DNA of 64,000 nt, taken from an uncultured delta proteobacterium. Its GTDB lineage: Bacteria; Desulfobacterota; Binatia; HRBIN30; BPIQ01. The DNA lies in contig CAVXGR010000012.1 of assembly GCA_963761335.1 (NCBI GenBank), positions 64,001-128,000 on the forward strand, read 5' to 3'. Within the stretch, counting starts at the first letter, position 1. Each line of letters opens with the position of its first letter. Below the pieces are notes generated by a model. The model was not told where the DNA came from and did not search any database. It saw nothing but the letters and a program-made list of their open reading frames with translations. Shown here one piece after another: positions 1 through 10,442 of the stretch. The position numbers and the translations under genes are program-made.

Positions 1-730
1 AGCGCATGGTAGCAAGTTCATCCCGTAGCTGATTGAGTCTCGTATCCCAAGCCCGCCTTCTGAATATATCGAGACAAATCACAGCAGAAAAAGCTACTGT
101 TCCGATCAGGAGTCCACCACGACCCAAAAGCCATACAAGGCCAATAAGACACAGAATGATGGCGGGGATCTGCGACTTGTAGTCTTTTGGAGGCTTTAGC
201 GTTGGAAGGGGGCACAGCGGCACAACTTGGCTAGTTCGAGGGCAAAATACCGCAAAAGGAGTCCAGTTCTCAAAATGGCAGTCATCCGCCGGAGGGGGGT
301 TGAATCCACCCTTGGCAAAATACACGACGATCTCATCGCCCGCATCGATTGAGTACGTCGCTGCAATTGGAATCTCTCGCGCGACGAAGTAGTGACGGCT
401 AGAGTAGTCCCGCAATTTGAACTGAACGTCGGTTCTGTGGAAATGCTCTGTCTTCGAGCTGGCCTTGGCTCCTCCAAGGAAAAGTCCCCATTCGGTAGAT
501 ATCGGATGAGTTGCGCCACCACCGAGTACGGAATGCGAGGACCGAGAACTGACAGGAACCGTCTGAACTCTCGAGGTCTCGACTCGACAGTTCGCGGAGG
601 CAAACACCAGTCCACGAAGCTGAAACTCACTTAGATTGCTGACGATCATCTGCGGCAGATCGTCAATGGTAAGATACAGCCTTTCGGGCCGCGGTTCAGC
701 CGTTTGGGCAGCATCGATTTCACTGGCCAT
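1..730 (-). CDS. Hypothetical membrane protein, 3' end outside window (missed by ORF track)
   Basis: ATG at 730 with GGAGG RBS at 738-742, 15 nt after the Mod stop. My hand translation (MASEIDAAQTAEPRPERLYL...IPAIILCLIGLVWLLGRGGLLIGTVAFSAVICLDIFRRR...ELATMR) stays open to position 2 and has two hydrophobic segments near the end. Confidence 0.7.
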   Translation of the reverse strand, partial: MASEIDAAQTAEPRPERLYLTIDDLPQMIVSNLSEFQLRGLVFASANCRVETSRVQTVPVSSRSSHSVLGGGATHPISTEWGLFLGGAKASSKTEHFHRTDVQFKLRDYSSRHYFVAREIPIAATYSIDAGDEIVVYFAKGGFNPPPADDCHFENWTPFAVFCPRTSQVVPLCPLPTLKPPKDYKSQIPAIILCLIGLVWLLGRGGLLIGTVAFSAVICLDIFRRRAWDTRLNQLRDELATMR

Positions 731-745
731 CTGGGTGCCTCCGAA

Positions 746-3541
746 TCAGACGCGAAAGACCTTCATGACCTCATCGCCGAGGTGGTTGATGACCTTCACG
801 GCGATACGGCCGTTCTTGGGCCTTTCGAACGGGCGGGAGGTGTCGCTGTTCAGGGTCGCCCAGGCGTCCGGGTCGATCTCGGCCTTGAGGGTGGTCTTGA
901 GGGCGCTGTATGGGTCGTTGGCGCCGAGGAAGTAGGCGTGGCGGACGAAGAAGCTCTCCTCGTTGTAGTCGGTGTCGATGAACCAGCAGGCGATGTTCTC
1001 GGGGCCGTCGCTGATGATCTCACCCGTCTGCGGCTTGAAGACATCGACGCCGTTCACCTTCACGCGCAGGCGGCCGTCCTTCTCGGTCAGGAGGGTGATG
1101 TCGGGCTCCCCGAAAATGACGAAGAGGTTACCCTTGCCGGTGTTCTTCAGGTCGCCGGCCATGTGCAGATCGGCGTTCATACGCGCCTTGAGGACCGGGA
1201 TGCGGCCGAGATTGTTGAACTCGGTGGTGTGCGCCTCGTAGTTGAAGGCGCAGGCGATAAGGACGTCGAAGCCGGCATCGCCGGCCTCACGGGCGGCGGC
1301 GACCAGGTCGGCGCGCAGGACAGTGCCGAACTCGGGACCGATGAAGATGGCGGCGCGCTTCTCGGTGTCGCCCTCCAGGTATCGCCCCTCGGCGCAGACG
1401 AGGTCGCCGGGCCATGGCGTGAGCGCCGTAAAGGCGATCCGGTCCTCCTTGTGCGCCTGCTGCACGCCCGCGGTCTTGAGGTTCTCCAGGATCATCTGCG
1501 GGAACGATTGCCTTGCGGCGTAATCGGAGCCCGGGTCCCCCACCGAATCGATCAGCTCCTCGTTCTCGTCCACGCCGAGGACGCGGTGCGGGCTCAGGCT
1601 CTCCACGGTGAATGGCCCGGCAACCCTGACCTTCCGCTTGTCCTCGTAGGGCTTGTCGTAGAGGTACTCGAACTCCGCCCTCGCAGCGATGGAGGCGTCG
1701 ATCTCCTTCTGGCGGGCGATCCGAGCCGCCCACCAGTCCGCGTGCAGCTTCCTCACGGATGCGTGCCAGGTGGAGTCGGCCTCGCGCGGGATCTGCCACT
1801 CTTCCCAGCCTTCCTTGAGCGCCGCGTTGAGCTTTTCTCGCAGAGGCTCCAACGTGGCCTGCCATTTCTCCCAGATGACGTCGATCTCCGCGTTGTTGGC
1901 GATGGACTTCAGCGTGATGTGCGGCACGCGTTCATAGACGAAGCCGTAGCGGATGCTCCCGTGAACAGCCTGCGAGCTCGGGGCTGTTCGAGTCACCTCG
2001 GAATCCTTCAGCTGGCCCTCGCGGGAATCGGCGAGGAGGTAGTATGGATAGCGCGCGCCCATGATACGGGCGCGGGCGAGAGCCAATGCGACGCGCGAGG
2101 TGTCGACTGTGATCCAGCGGCGGCCCCATTGCTCCGCGACGTATGCAGTCGTGCCGGAACCGCATGTCGGATCGAGAACCAGATCCTCAGGGTCGCTTGT
2201 CATAAGTAGACAACGCTGAGCAATTTTGACGCTCGTCTGGACGACGTAGACCTTCTCCTCAGTGAAGGAGCCTGTCAATGTGTCAGTCCACAGATTTGAA
2301 ATTGGCGACACCGGAAAATCGTCGATGAATCGGATATAGCTAAGGCTGTTCCGTGCTAACCCGAGTCGCCAAGCCCTGCTCAGTCTCGCCATCCCCGCTG
2401 CGGGAGTCTTCCAGTATCCTGTGGGGCTAAAGTCACGGCCCTGTTCTGTCCATTCGTACCTTGTCGTTGAAGCCGCACTCTGCGAGGTTAGTGTGTCATG
2501 GCGGAAAATTTTGGCAGTGGCCGGCACATTTGTCCGGTCACCTCGCTCGGCGCTACTCATCGGGCGCCTTTGGTAGTCGTCAAATTGGAGTTTTGAATAT
2601 TGGCCACCTGCCGTGAAATCCTCCGCTTTCTCGGAGAAAGGCTGGCGGTACTTTACTGCTGATAGGGACTTGGCATACCAGAGAAGTTGGTCGAAAACCG
2701 ATGGAAGAACGTCCGTTCTCACTGACGGGCTGCCAGCCCCACTTGTCTTCTTAAACGAGATTGCTGAAGCACAATTCTCAGGTCCAAACACCTCGTCTAG
2801 AAGCGCGCGCACCCGATGCACGTTCTCATCACCGATCTGCACGAAAATCGAGCCAGAATCAGCGAGTAGATCTCGCGCAACTGTGAGCCGGTCTCTCAGA
2901 TAAGTGAGATAGCTGTTGATTCCATCCCGCCATGTGTCCCGGAACGCCTTCACCTGCTCCGGCTCACGTGTGATATGCTCGACCTTCCCATCCTTCACAT
3001 CGCGGCTGGTGGTGGACCACTGGAAGTTGCTGTTGAACTTGATGCCGTAAGGCGGGTCCAGGTAGATGCACTGCACCTTACCCCGCAGCCCTTCGCGCTC
3101 AGCCAGGCTCGCCATCACCTGCAGGGAGTCGCCGAGGATCATGCGGTTCGACCAGTTCTGGTCGTGCTGGTAGAACTCGGTCTTGTCCACGCCGGCGGGA
3201 ATGCCGTTGAAGTCCGCGAACAGGTCCGGCTGTGCGCCGGCCTCCTGAGCCTTTGTCTGCTGCGTCTGCCGCAGCAGGTCGTCGATCAGGACCTTGGGGT
3301 GTACCTTCTCCTGGACGTAGAGCGGCGGGGCGTGGACGACGAGATCGCTCCAGTCCTGCTCGTCCTTGCCGCGCCAGACGAGCTGCGGGTCGAGGTCGGT
3401 GTTGCGCGGATAGCGCAGCTCGATGGGCTTCTGCTCCTGCTCGTCGAGGACGGACTGGAACTCCGCCGTCGGGATGTTCTTGCGCTTGGCCTCGTCGTGC
3501 TTGAGGGTCGCGACCGTCTTCTTCTTCGAATTCTTCGCCAT
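746..3541 (-). CDS. mod: Type III R-M Mod subunit, amino-DNA methyltransferase (beta order)
   Basis: Starts MAKNSKKKTV. Catalytic DPPY precedes SAM-binding DPTCGSGTT, with a variable TRD between. ATG lies 2 nt after the Res stop. Confidence 0.9.
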   Translation of the reverse strand: MAKNSKKKTVATLKHDEAKRKNIPTAEFQSVLDEQEQKPIELRYPRNTDLDPQLVWRGKDEQDWSDLVVHAPPLYVQEKVHPKVLIDDLLRQTQQTKAQEAGAQPDLFADFNGIPAGVDKTEFYQHDQNWSNRMILGDSLQVMASLAEREGLRGKVQCIYLDPPYGIKFNSNFQWSTTSRDVKDGKVEHITREPEQVKAFRDTWRDGINSYLTYLRDRLTVARDLLADSGSIFVQIGDENVHRVRALLDEVFGPENCASAISFKKTSGAGSPSVRTDVLPSVFDQLLWYAKSLSAVKYRQPFSEKAEDFTAGGQYSKLQFDDYQRRPMSSAERGDRTNVPATAKIFRHDTLTSQSAASTTRYEWTEQGRDFSPTGYWKTPAAGMARLSRAWRLGLARNSLSYIRFIDDFPVSPISNLWTDTLTGSFTEEKVYVVQTSVKIAQRCLLMTSDPEDLVLDPTCGSGTTAYVAEQWGRRWITVDTSRVALALARARIMGARYPYYLLADSREGQLKDSEVTRTAPSSQAVHGSIRYGFVYERVPHITLKSIANNAEIDVIWEKWQATLEPLREKLNAALKEGWEEWQIPREADSTWHASVRKLHADWWAARIARQKEIDASIAARAEFEYLYDKPYEDKRKVRVAGPFTVESLSPHRVLGVDENEELIDSVGDPGSDYAARQSFPQMILENLKTAGVQQAHKEDRIAFTALTPWPGDLVCAEGRYLEGDTEKRAAIFIGPEFGTVLRADLVAAAREAGDAGFDVLIACAFNYEAHTTEFNNLGRIPVLKARMNADLHMAGDLKNTGKGNLFVIFGEPDITLLTEKDGRLRVKVNGVDVFKPQTGEIISDGPENIACWFIDTDYNEESFFVRHAYFLGANDPYSALKTTLKAEIDPDAWATLNSDTSRPFERPKNGRIAVKVINHLGDEVMKVFRV

Positions 3542-3543
3542 CC

Positions 3544-6500
3544 TCAACTCGCCCCCGGCACCGTGGCCGCCTGAATCATCCGGTTGAACTCGCTCTCCAC
3601 CCTGGCCTCGAAGTCGGCCTGGATCTGGTAGATCTCGGTGAGCTCGGCAAAGGCCCAGCGTCCGTGGGTTCCGAGGTGATTCACGCCGGGAACCCAGTAG
3701 GTGTCCATCGTCGACTTCTTGTCCTTGGCGTCCTCGCCGCGGTAGCCCTTGATCTCGACGACGAGATGGAGCGGATCTTCGGCGCCGTGTCCGTCGTCGA
3801 CGAGGACGATGAAGTCGGGCAGGTACTTGCGCATTTCCGACCCGTAGCGATAGGGGACCTCGAAGCCGAGATTGTGGTTCTTCACGTATGCCAAGACCTT
3901 GCGGGTGCGATTCCACCACCCGGCAGAGTTCGGCCTCCCAGTCGCTGTCGAGCACGACCCAGTTGATGTGGCAGCGCGCCGGGCTCGTCTCCCAGCGGTC
4001 GGGCCTCGAGGTGTTGAAGCGCACGTGGGCGGTGGATCCCGTGGGATTGAACGGATCGAGCAGCACCTTCACCGGGCGGCGGTCGAGAAACTGCTGGGTG
4101 ATCGCCGCGGTGATGCGGCTGCAGGCCATGTCGGCCAGCTCCTGGTACATGAGCTGTGCGGGATAGGTTCCTCCCTTGCACACGAGACATGTGTCGAGCC
4201 ACTGCTTGGCGATCCGCTTGAGCTGGCCGAACAGGTAGAGCTTCGGCTCCTCGCCCGGATCGCGCCACTTGGTGTAGAGCAGGTGGCGGGTCAGGTGCAG
4301 GAGGATCGTCGAAGGCCGCATGTCGCCAAGGTGCTTGAGGCTCATGTCCGCCTCCGCGCCGATGATCCCCTGGTTCCGGGTGATCGACGGCCCGACCAGG
4401 GCGGGGCTGAGGTCGAGGACTGAATCGGGGTTGAAGGTGGCGGTCAGCCGTTCCTCGGGCAGCTCGACGCGATAGCCCTCGACCCGGGGAAAGCGGATCT
4501 CCAGGGCGTCACGGTCGGGACGCACAGCCTTGACCAGAACCGTCTCCCGAGGCGGCTGCGGCGGCGCGATGACCGGCTTGGCCGTGAAGTCGAAGGGGAC
4601 GCCGAAGATGTCGGCATACTCGACGTTGAACAGCTTCTCCTCGTTGAGCTCGTAGGACTGGCGGCGCAGGGCGCGGCCGATGACCTGCTCGCAGAGGAGC
4701 TGCGTGCCGAAGGCGCGGATGCCGAGGACGTGGGTCACGGTGTTGGCATCCCAGCCCTCGGTGAGCATCGACACCGAGACGACGCAGCGGATACCGCCAC
4801 CGAGCTGGCCGGGCTTGCCGACGGTGTTCATGACCTCGCGGAGCAGCTCCTGGTCGGTGATCGTCTCGCCGGCGCGAGTGTCACCCGTGCGCTCGACGAT
4901 CTCACGCCGGAACCGCTCGATCTCGTCCGCCGCCATGTTGCGGAAGTTGTCGTCGAGGGCGTCGCCGGCCTCGAGCTGCTCGCTGTCGATGAGCAGCGTG
5001 TTGGGCCGGGGAAGGGGATTGCCTGTTACCTCGTCGAAGTTGCGGAAGAGGGCCAGCTGGCCGTTCACCAGAGTGCTGCTTCCGTCCTCGTTCTTGCGGT
5101 GGAACCCCGAGACGAAGTCGTAGACGAGCTTCGAGATCGAGGTGTTCTGGCAGACGACGATGAAGCATGGAGGCACCTTGATGCCGGACTTCTGCCAGAG
5201 ATCGAAGGTCTGCTCGTAGTGGCCGTAGAGAGCCTGGAGGGCGGTCTGCAGCCGGGTGGGGAGCTTGAGCGGGTCGAGGTCGTCGCTCTTGCCGCGCCCC
5301 TTCTTTGGCATGTCCTTGCGGATGTTCTCCCAGAGATTGCGGAACATCGGCATCTCGTTCCCGGGGATGTTCTCCGCCACCGGGACGCGGGGCAGCTTGA
5401 CGATGCCGCATTCGATGGCGTCCATGAGGGAGAAGTCGCTCATGGTCCAGGGAAACAGCGTGCCCTCGGCGTACCCGGAGCCGCGCAGGAAGAACGGCGT
5501 CGCGGAGAGGTCGATGAGCCGGCTGATGCCGAGCTTGCGACTCACGGCCTCGAGGCCGGAGATCCAGAGGCGGGCCGCCTCGTTGTTCTTCTCCGCCTCC
5601 CTGCGCTCCTCCCCTTCGAGATCGGCCTCCTCGGCGCTCTTCGGCTTCTCGCGGTAGCAGTGGTGCGCCTCGTCGTTGATGACCAGGATGCTCTTCATGC
5701 CCATCAGCTCGGGCATCACGCGCTGCAGCATCTGGCCCTCGGTCTCCAGGGTTCGCGGCGGCTCTCCGGTGCGGCCCTGGAGGAGCTGGCGGCCGCCCTT
5801 GGACAGCTCGAGGCGCTCGCGCAGCTTGAAGGCGTGATAGTTGGTGACCACGATCTTCGCGCGATTCAAGTCGTCGAGCATGTCCGCCGGCACCAGCTCG
5901 CGATCGCGGTAGTAGGCGTCAGGGTCATTGGGCTGGAGGACGCGCAGGCGATCCTTGATCGTCAGGCCCGGTGCGCACACGAGAAAGCCGCGGGTGAAGG
6001 TCCTGCTCGCCGGGTGGCGCACGGCATTTACGGTCTGCCAGGCGATGAGCATCGCCATCACCGTCGTCTTGCCGGCACCGGTGGCGAGCTTCAGCGCCAG
6101 GCGCAGGAGCTCCGGGTTGGCGTCCCGGTTGGCGGCGGCGAGATGGTCGAGGAAGCGCCTGCCATTGGCGGACTGCGGCGCGACCTCGGTCAGCCAGATG
6201 GCGGTCTCCACCGCCTCCACCTGGCAGAAGAACGGGCGAATGGCGCTGAAGGTGTGATGCCGCCAGTGCTGGAGGAGGCGGGCGGTTTCCGGCGTGACCT
6301 GCCAGTGCGCGGAGGAGGGCAGAGAGCGCCAGGCGGCGACATGCTGGCGCACCTCATTGATGGTCGAGGTCGTGTCGTAGTGCTGCTCCCGGGTGGAGAG
6401 CCCCTTGCCCTCATCGAAGACGAGGCTCTCCTGCCTGGCGGCCCTTTTGTGCTTCTTCGGCTTGGGGATGGGCGTGATGAACTCGGCGCGGCGCCGGGTG

Positions 6501-6619
6501 TCGATGGTCCGCTGCGTCGGCTGGCCGTTCTCGTCCAGCTCCCAGTGCCGCTGCGGGCACTCGTAGGGGGAGTTCAGGATAGGGTGGTCGAAGAAGGGGT
6601 TGGAGATAGCCGCCGTCAT
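3544..6619 (-). CDS. res: Type III R-M Res subunit (SF2 helicase plus C-terminal nuclease), +1 frameshift near 3897-3901
   Basis: Motifs LATGAGKT, NDEAHH, LSATP, MLTEGWD, QVIGRALR. The C-terminus (YVKN..YLPDF..LVVEIKG) is in another frame (ORF 3544..3894). The span of 3076 nt is 3n+1. Confidence 0.85.
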
Positions 6620-6781
6620 TTCTCCAGTCCCATCGACATATTCTCCCACCGCAAGGCGAATCCCACAGAAGGAGAGCAGATACGAACAAACAGCGGGCGC
6701 AGTCAAGGATTGAGCTGGCGGGATTGAGCTGGCGGCCCGATGCGATAGAGAGTCGAGGCAGATTTCGGCGAGAGGAGAGCC

Positions 6782-7537
6782 ATGCCGCTTCACGTGTTGG
6801 TCGCAGCCCAGGATGAGATGGAAGGCGTCGAGAGGGCCGCGTCACGCCGCAGGTCGGTGCGCTGGAAGGTGCCGAAGGAGGCCCGGCGCGGCGATGAGGC
6901 CGCAGTATTCCTGCGGGGGCAGGGGTTCTTCGGGCTCGGCAGAATCGCCAGCCAGCCCTCTGCCAACCGGACCCGCCGCGGCTCGTATGTTGCCAGTGTC
7001 GACAGCCTCGAGGTCTTCCCCAAGCCGGTGCCCGAATCGCGAGTGTCGTGGCGGGTTCCAGAGTGGTCGTGGCTGAGCTATCCGCGGAGCTACACTACCC
7101 CGCCCGCGGAAGTAGCCGCCAGGCTTCGCTCTCTGTTCCAACGCTACCGGCCCGACGAGATCCCCGACGTCGACGAGCTGGAGGTCGAGGAAGGTGACCC
7201 ACACCTGCGAACCCACCTGGTACGAGAGCGCAATCGATCACTCATCGAGCGGAAGAAGAGGTCGGTTCTCAAGCGGCGAGGCCGCCTCGGCTGTGAGGTC
7301 TGCGGGCTCGACTTCCACGAGGTCTACGGCGCGAGAGGGGAGGGCTTCTGCGAGGTGCATCACCTGGCTCCGCTCGCGTCGTCGTCGGATGGCAAGCGGA
7401 CGGCTCTCTCGGATCTCGCCATCGTCTGCTCGAACTGCCACCGGATGCTGCACCGGGGAGAGTTGATTCCTCTTCGCCGGCTGAAGAAGATTGTCAGCGA
7501 GCAGCGGGCGCCGCAAGCAAAGAGGAGTCGAGGATGA
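6782..7537 (+). CDS. EVE/PUA-like domain plus McrA-type HNH endonuclease (candidate modification-dependent Type IV restriction)
   Basis: C-terminal EG..H..RERN..CEVCG.DF...YG..G..FCEVHH..CSNCHRMLH. N-terminal W....RGD....GFFG.G.I.S resembles EVE. Confidence 0.8.
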   Translation: MPLHVLVAAQDEMEGVERAASRRRSVRWKVPKEARRGDEAAVFLRGQGFFGLGRIASQPSANRTRRGSYVASVDSLEVFPKPVPESRVSWRVPEWSWLSYPRSYTTPPAEVAARLRSLFQRYRPDEIPDVDELEVEEGDPHLRTHLVRERNRSLIERKKRSVLKRRGRLGCEVCGLDFHEVYGARGEGFCEVHHLAPLASSSDGKRTALSDLAIVCSNCHRMLHRGELIPLRRLKKIVSEQRAPQAKRSRG

Positions 7538-8187
7538 AGAGGGTTGAGTCCGGACGGGAAGGGACGCGGGAGGGATTCCCCGCAATCACGGTCCGGCAGC
7601 CTTGGGCCGACCTGATCGTCGCCGGTATCAAGGACGTCGAGAACCGGAGCTGGCGCACGAAGTTCCGAGGGCGGCTGCTCATCGTCGCGGGAAGCCGAGT
7701 CGAGCGCGAGGAGGTCGAGAAGTATCGCCGCGAGCTTCAGCTCAGGCCCGACCAGAAGTACGAACCTGGCAAGACGGCCGTGATCGGCATGGTCGAGGTG
7801 GTCGATTGCGTCCGACCACACCCGAGTCGGTGGTATTGTGAAGACCACTGGGCCTGGGTCTTACGCCGGGCGGTGCGGTTTCGCCAGCCTGTGCCCTTCA
7901 AGGGCCGTCTCAGCATCTTCCCGGTGCCGATCGCCAAGCTGCAGGGCACGGTGGCAGCCGAGCGAAACCCGGAAGCCTGGTGGGCTGATCCGATCATCTC
8001 TGCCTGCTGCTACGAACGCCCCGACTGCCGCTGCGGCGCCGAAACACCAGACACTCCGGCACCGAGAATTCGACCGCAAGCCGGCAATGGGCGAAAGAGA
8101 AAAATTGAATTCCGAAAAACGACCTCAAACAACCGATGCAACGAACCATCTCCAATTGCGTCTCACCAACGTGTCGATTTCCCTTGA
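7534..8187 (+). CDS. ASCH domain protein
   Basis: AITVRQPWADLIVAGIKDVENRSW..RGRLLI is the ASCH GxKxxExR signature. ATGA overlap with the HNH gene. The C-terminal ~70 aa look unconserved. Confidence 0.85.
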   Translation: MKRVESGREGTREGFPAITVRQPWADLIVAGIKDVENRSWRTKFRGRLLIVAGSRVEREEVEKYRRELQLRPDQKYEPGKTAVIGMVEVVDCVRPHPSRWYCEDHWAWVLRRAVRFRQPVPFKGRLSIFPVPIAKLQGTVAAERNPEAWWADPIISACCYERPDCRCGAETPDTPAPRIRPQAGNGRKRKIEFRKTTSNNRCNEPSPIASHQRVDFP

Positions 8188-8489
8188 TCTGCGGATACGA
8201 ACTCGTCTATCAACCCTGGCGGAAATCGGCAAGAACGCCGAGATCCAGGAGGGAGGAACGACACGAAGTCTATTCTGCTGATGTCGCATCGGCGATTGCC
8301 GGCTGCCGTGCAGACCGGCCGCTGGTACATCGCAAGCACGACTAGCTCTCGATCGGTTGATTTGGCTGCCATCGAAGCCGCGCCACGTGGATCGCGCTTG
8401 TGGATTATCTGGTGCAGGGGGGTCTGCGACTCAGGACCGCCTCAAGCACAGTTCCGGAGAATAGAAGCCGATGGGGAGAGTCAACCTTG

Positions 8490-10442
8490 ATGCTGTCGGT
8501 TGAAATGCATACCAGCTCGACACTTCGCCCGGCGTGCACGGCGCTTGCTTGCGCCATCGTCGCGATATTCACACTACAGAGCCATATGGCCATGGCGCAG
8601 GCAGATGCGAACTGCGATGGCGTGCGTAATAGCGCAGATATTACCGCCCTATTCCGTTCCATCGCGGGCGATGCTTCGGTGTGTGGGGTCATGGACGCAA
8701 ATTGCGATGGCCATATAGACGATTCCGACGCCGCGGCCCTAGTCAACGCTCTCTTCGGGTCTGAGTTGTGCCGCGCCACAATCCCGGCCTCGACCGAGAT
8801 GCTCGATGCCGATGCCATGGACCGCTTGGTGAAGATGGACGACGATGGCACGTTGCATTTCGACGACTCGGACGCACTGCTCGAGCGACTCCAAACGGGT
8901 GATGTCCTCATAAGTGCACCAACCGCGGCGACGCCAGATGGGATACTCAGACACGTCACTTCAGTATCAATGCGAAGTGGCGAAGTCTTAGTCGAAACCG
9001 CTCCGGCCACGTTGGAAGATGCAATCACGGAAGGCGCAGTGGCCACACGTGTACAACTGGGCAGATCTCCCTTGAGGCGACTGCTGAGCCCGGATGTCGT
9101 AGTACGGCCCCTTCTTTTGCCGCGACGCTCTGAGGGATTTTTCTTCGAGGTGAAGGATTTTGTCGTCTACGACCGCGACGGAAGCGGTAGCACTACTAAC
9201 GACCAGGCCCGCGTAACAGGGTCATTTGCCCTGGACCCAACTGTGGATTTTCTCCTCGCATTTAAGAGCGGACACCTTCGTCAGTTTCGGTTCGTTGCCC
9301 ACGAGACTGAGAGTCTTGACGTGGAAGGGGAAGTAACAATTCCCTTCTTGAGCTTCAACACGGAAAAGCTTGAGCGAGTCGAGCCGGTCGCAACCCTTGC
9401 TCCCATCGTGTTCTATATCGGAGTTGTTCCGGTCGTGGTTCAGCCTCAGATCAACCTAGTCGTGGGAGTGAAACCGATGTTGTTCACCGCAATTCGCGCC
9501 CGGTCTATGCAGCAGACAATCGCCGCTATCGGTGTGCAGTTTATAGATGGCACATGGGCGCCTGTTGCAGACTTCGACGGCACCTTCCAATTTAGTCCGC
9601 CGACGTTGACGGCTGCGTTCGATGCGGAGTTCTATTTTGGGGCGGAGCTAGAATGGAAGCTGTATGGGATTGCTGGACCACACGTCGCTGCTAAGGGATT
9701 TGTGGAACTGGATGCCGATGTGTCTCGTAGGCCCTTGTGGCAGCTCTTCGGAGGGTTGCGCGCTGACAGCGGAGCCAGGGTGGATATCTTGAGCACGCAG
9801 TTAGCCGACATAGACTTTCCCGGGGCAATCGGATACCGACGTTTGCTGGCGCAGTCAGATACGCTGCCGTCGACCGGTATTAGCGGTCAGTGGGAAGTCG
9901 TATTGACGCCCGATTTTGGTCAGCCAGCATCATGCGTGACTGGGAGGCTCGTGGTGGATGTGGTCGATGACGGGGGACAACTCAGCGGCGATCTCAGTCC
10001 GAGCACATGCACGGCTTTTTGCGATCGTCCGGGTGGCACATGCATAAACACTACTGCAATCGTGTTGACGGGCCAGAGGATGGATCCTGGGGTTGCATTC
10101 AAATTGGACATTGATATTGCGCTGAATGTTGTCTGCCCGGGTGGGTGTCATGGCGGGCTCATGGCCGCCGGTTCGGAGGAGTTCGAGGGAACGATCGGCG
10201 ACGGTGGCATCGAGGGTAGATATCATATCGGATTCGAGTCCTGTTCCACCAATTCTAATTGCGGCGACGTTACAAACTCATCCTGTCCCACACTGTTGAG
10301 CACGGACTGCACGGGGACGTTCTCTGTCGCGATTGATAGCGAACAAAGGAATATTTTGCCCCACGCTGGCGGCAGCGAAGCCTTTGGAATCTCGGGGGTG
10401 GACTTGGGTAGTGTTGGTGTTCTTGCAGGGCGGGATCATTGA
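8490..10442 (+). CDS. Secreted protein with dockerin-like repeat, beta-rich core and Cys-rich C-terminus
   Basis: Signal-peptide-like N-terminus and paired DANCDG...D...L repeats. Lower GC than core genes. Start codon uncertain. Confidence 0.7.
   Translation: MLSVEMHTSSTLRPACTALACAIVAIFTLQSHMAMAQADANCDGVRNSADITALFRSIAGDASVCGVMDANCDGHIDDSDAAALVNALFGSELCRATIPASTEMLDADAMDRLVKMDDDGTLHFDDSDALLERLQTGDVLISAPTAATPDGILRHVTSVSMRSGEVLVETAPATLEDAITEGAVATRVQLGRSPLRRLLSPDVVVRPLLLPRRSEGFFFEVKDFVVYDRDGSGSTTNDQARVTGSFALDPTVDFLLAFKSGHLRQFRFVAHETESLDVEGEVTIPFLSFNTEKLERVEPVATLAPIVFYIGVVPVVVQPQINLVVGVKPMLFTAIRARSMQQTIAAIGVQFIDGTWAPVADFDGTFQFSPPTLTAAFDAEFYFGAELEWKLYGIAGPHVAAKGFVELDADVSRRPLWQLFGGLRADSGARVDILSTQLADIDFPGAIGYRRLLAQSDTLPSTGISGQWEVVLTPDFGQPASCVTGRLVVDVVDDGGQLSGDLSPSTCTAFCDRPGGTCINTTAIVLTGQRMDPGVAFKLDIDIALNVVCPGGCHGGLMAAGSEEFEGTIGDGGIEGRYHIGFESCSTNSNCGDVTNSSCPTLLSTDCTGTFSVAIDSEQRNILPHAGGSEAFGISGVDLGSVGVLAGRDH

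Noticed and set aside
196..630. 144-aa ORF from the track
   Set aside because: It overlaps, in another frame, the longer RBS-preceded ORF starting at 730, which is the better gene call.
746..6793. 2015-aa Res-Mod fusion as a novel single-chain enzyme
   Set aside because: One extra base near 3900 explains it. The true Res C-terminus, its stop and the Mod start are all present, and the linker is off-frame text.
8180..8250. CCTTGATCTG...AGATCCAGG as an IS1380-derived MITE
   Set aside because: Only ~10 bp of similarity to 22869 and no target duplication seen.
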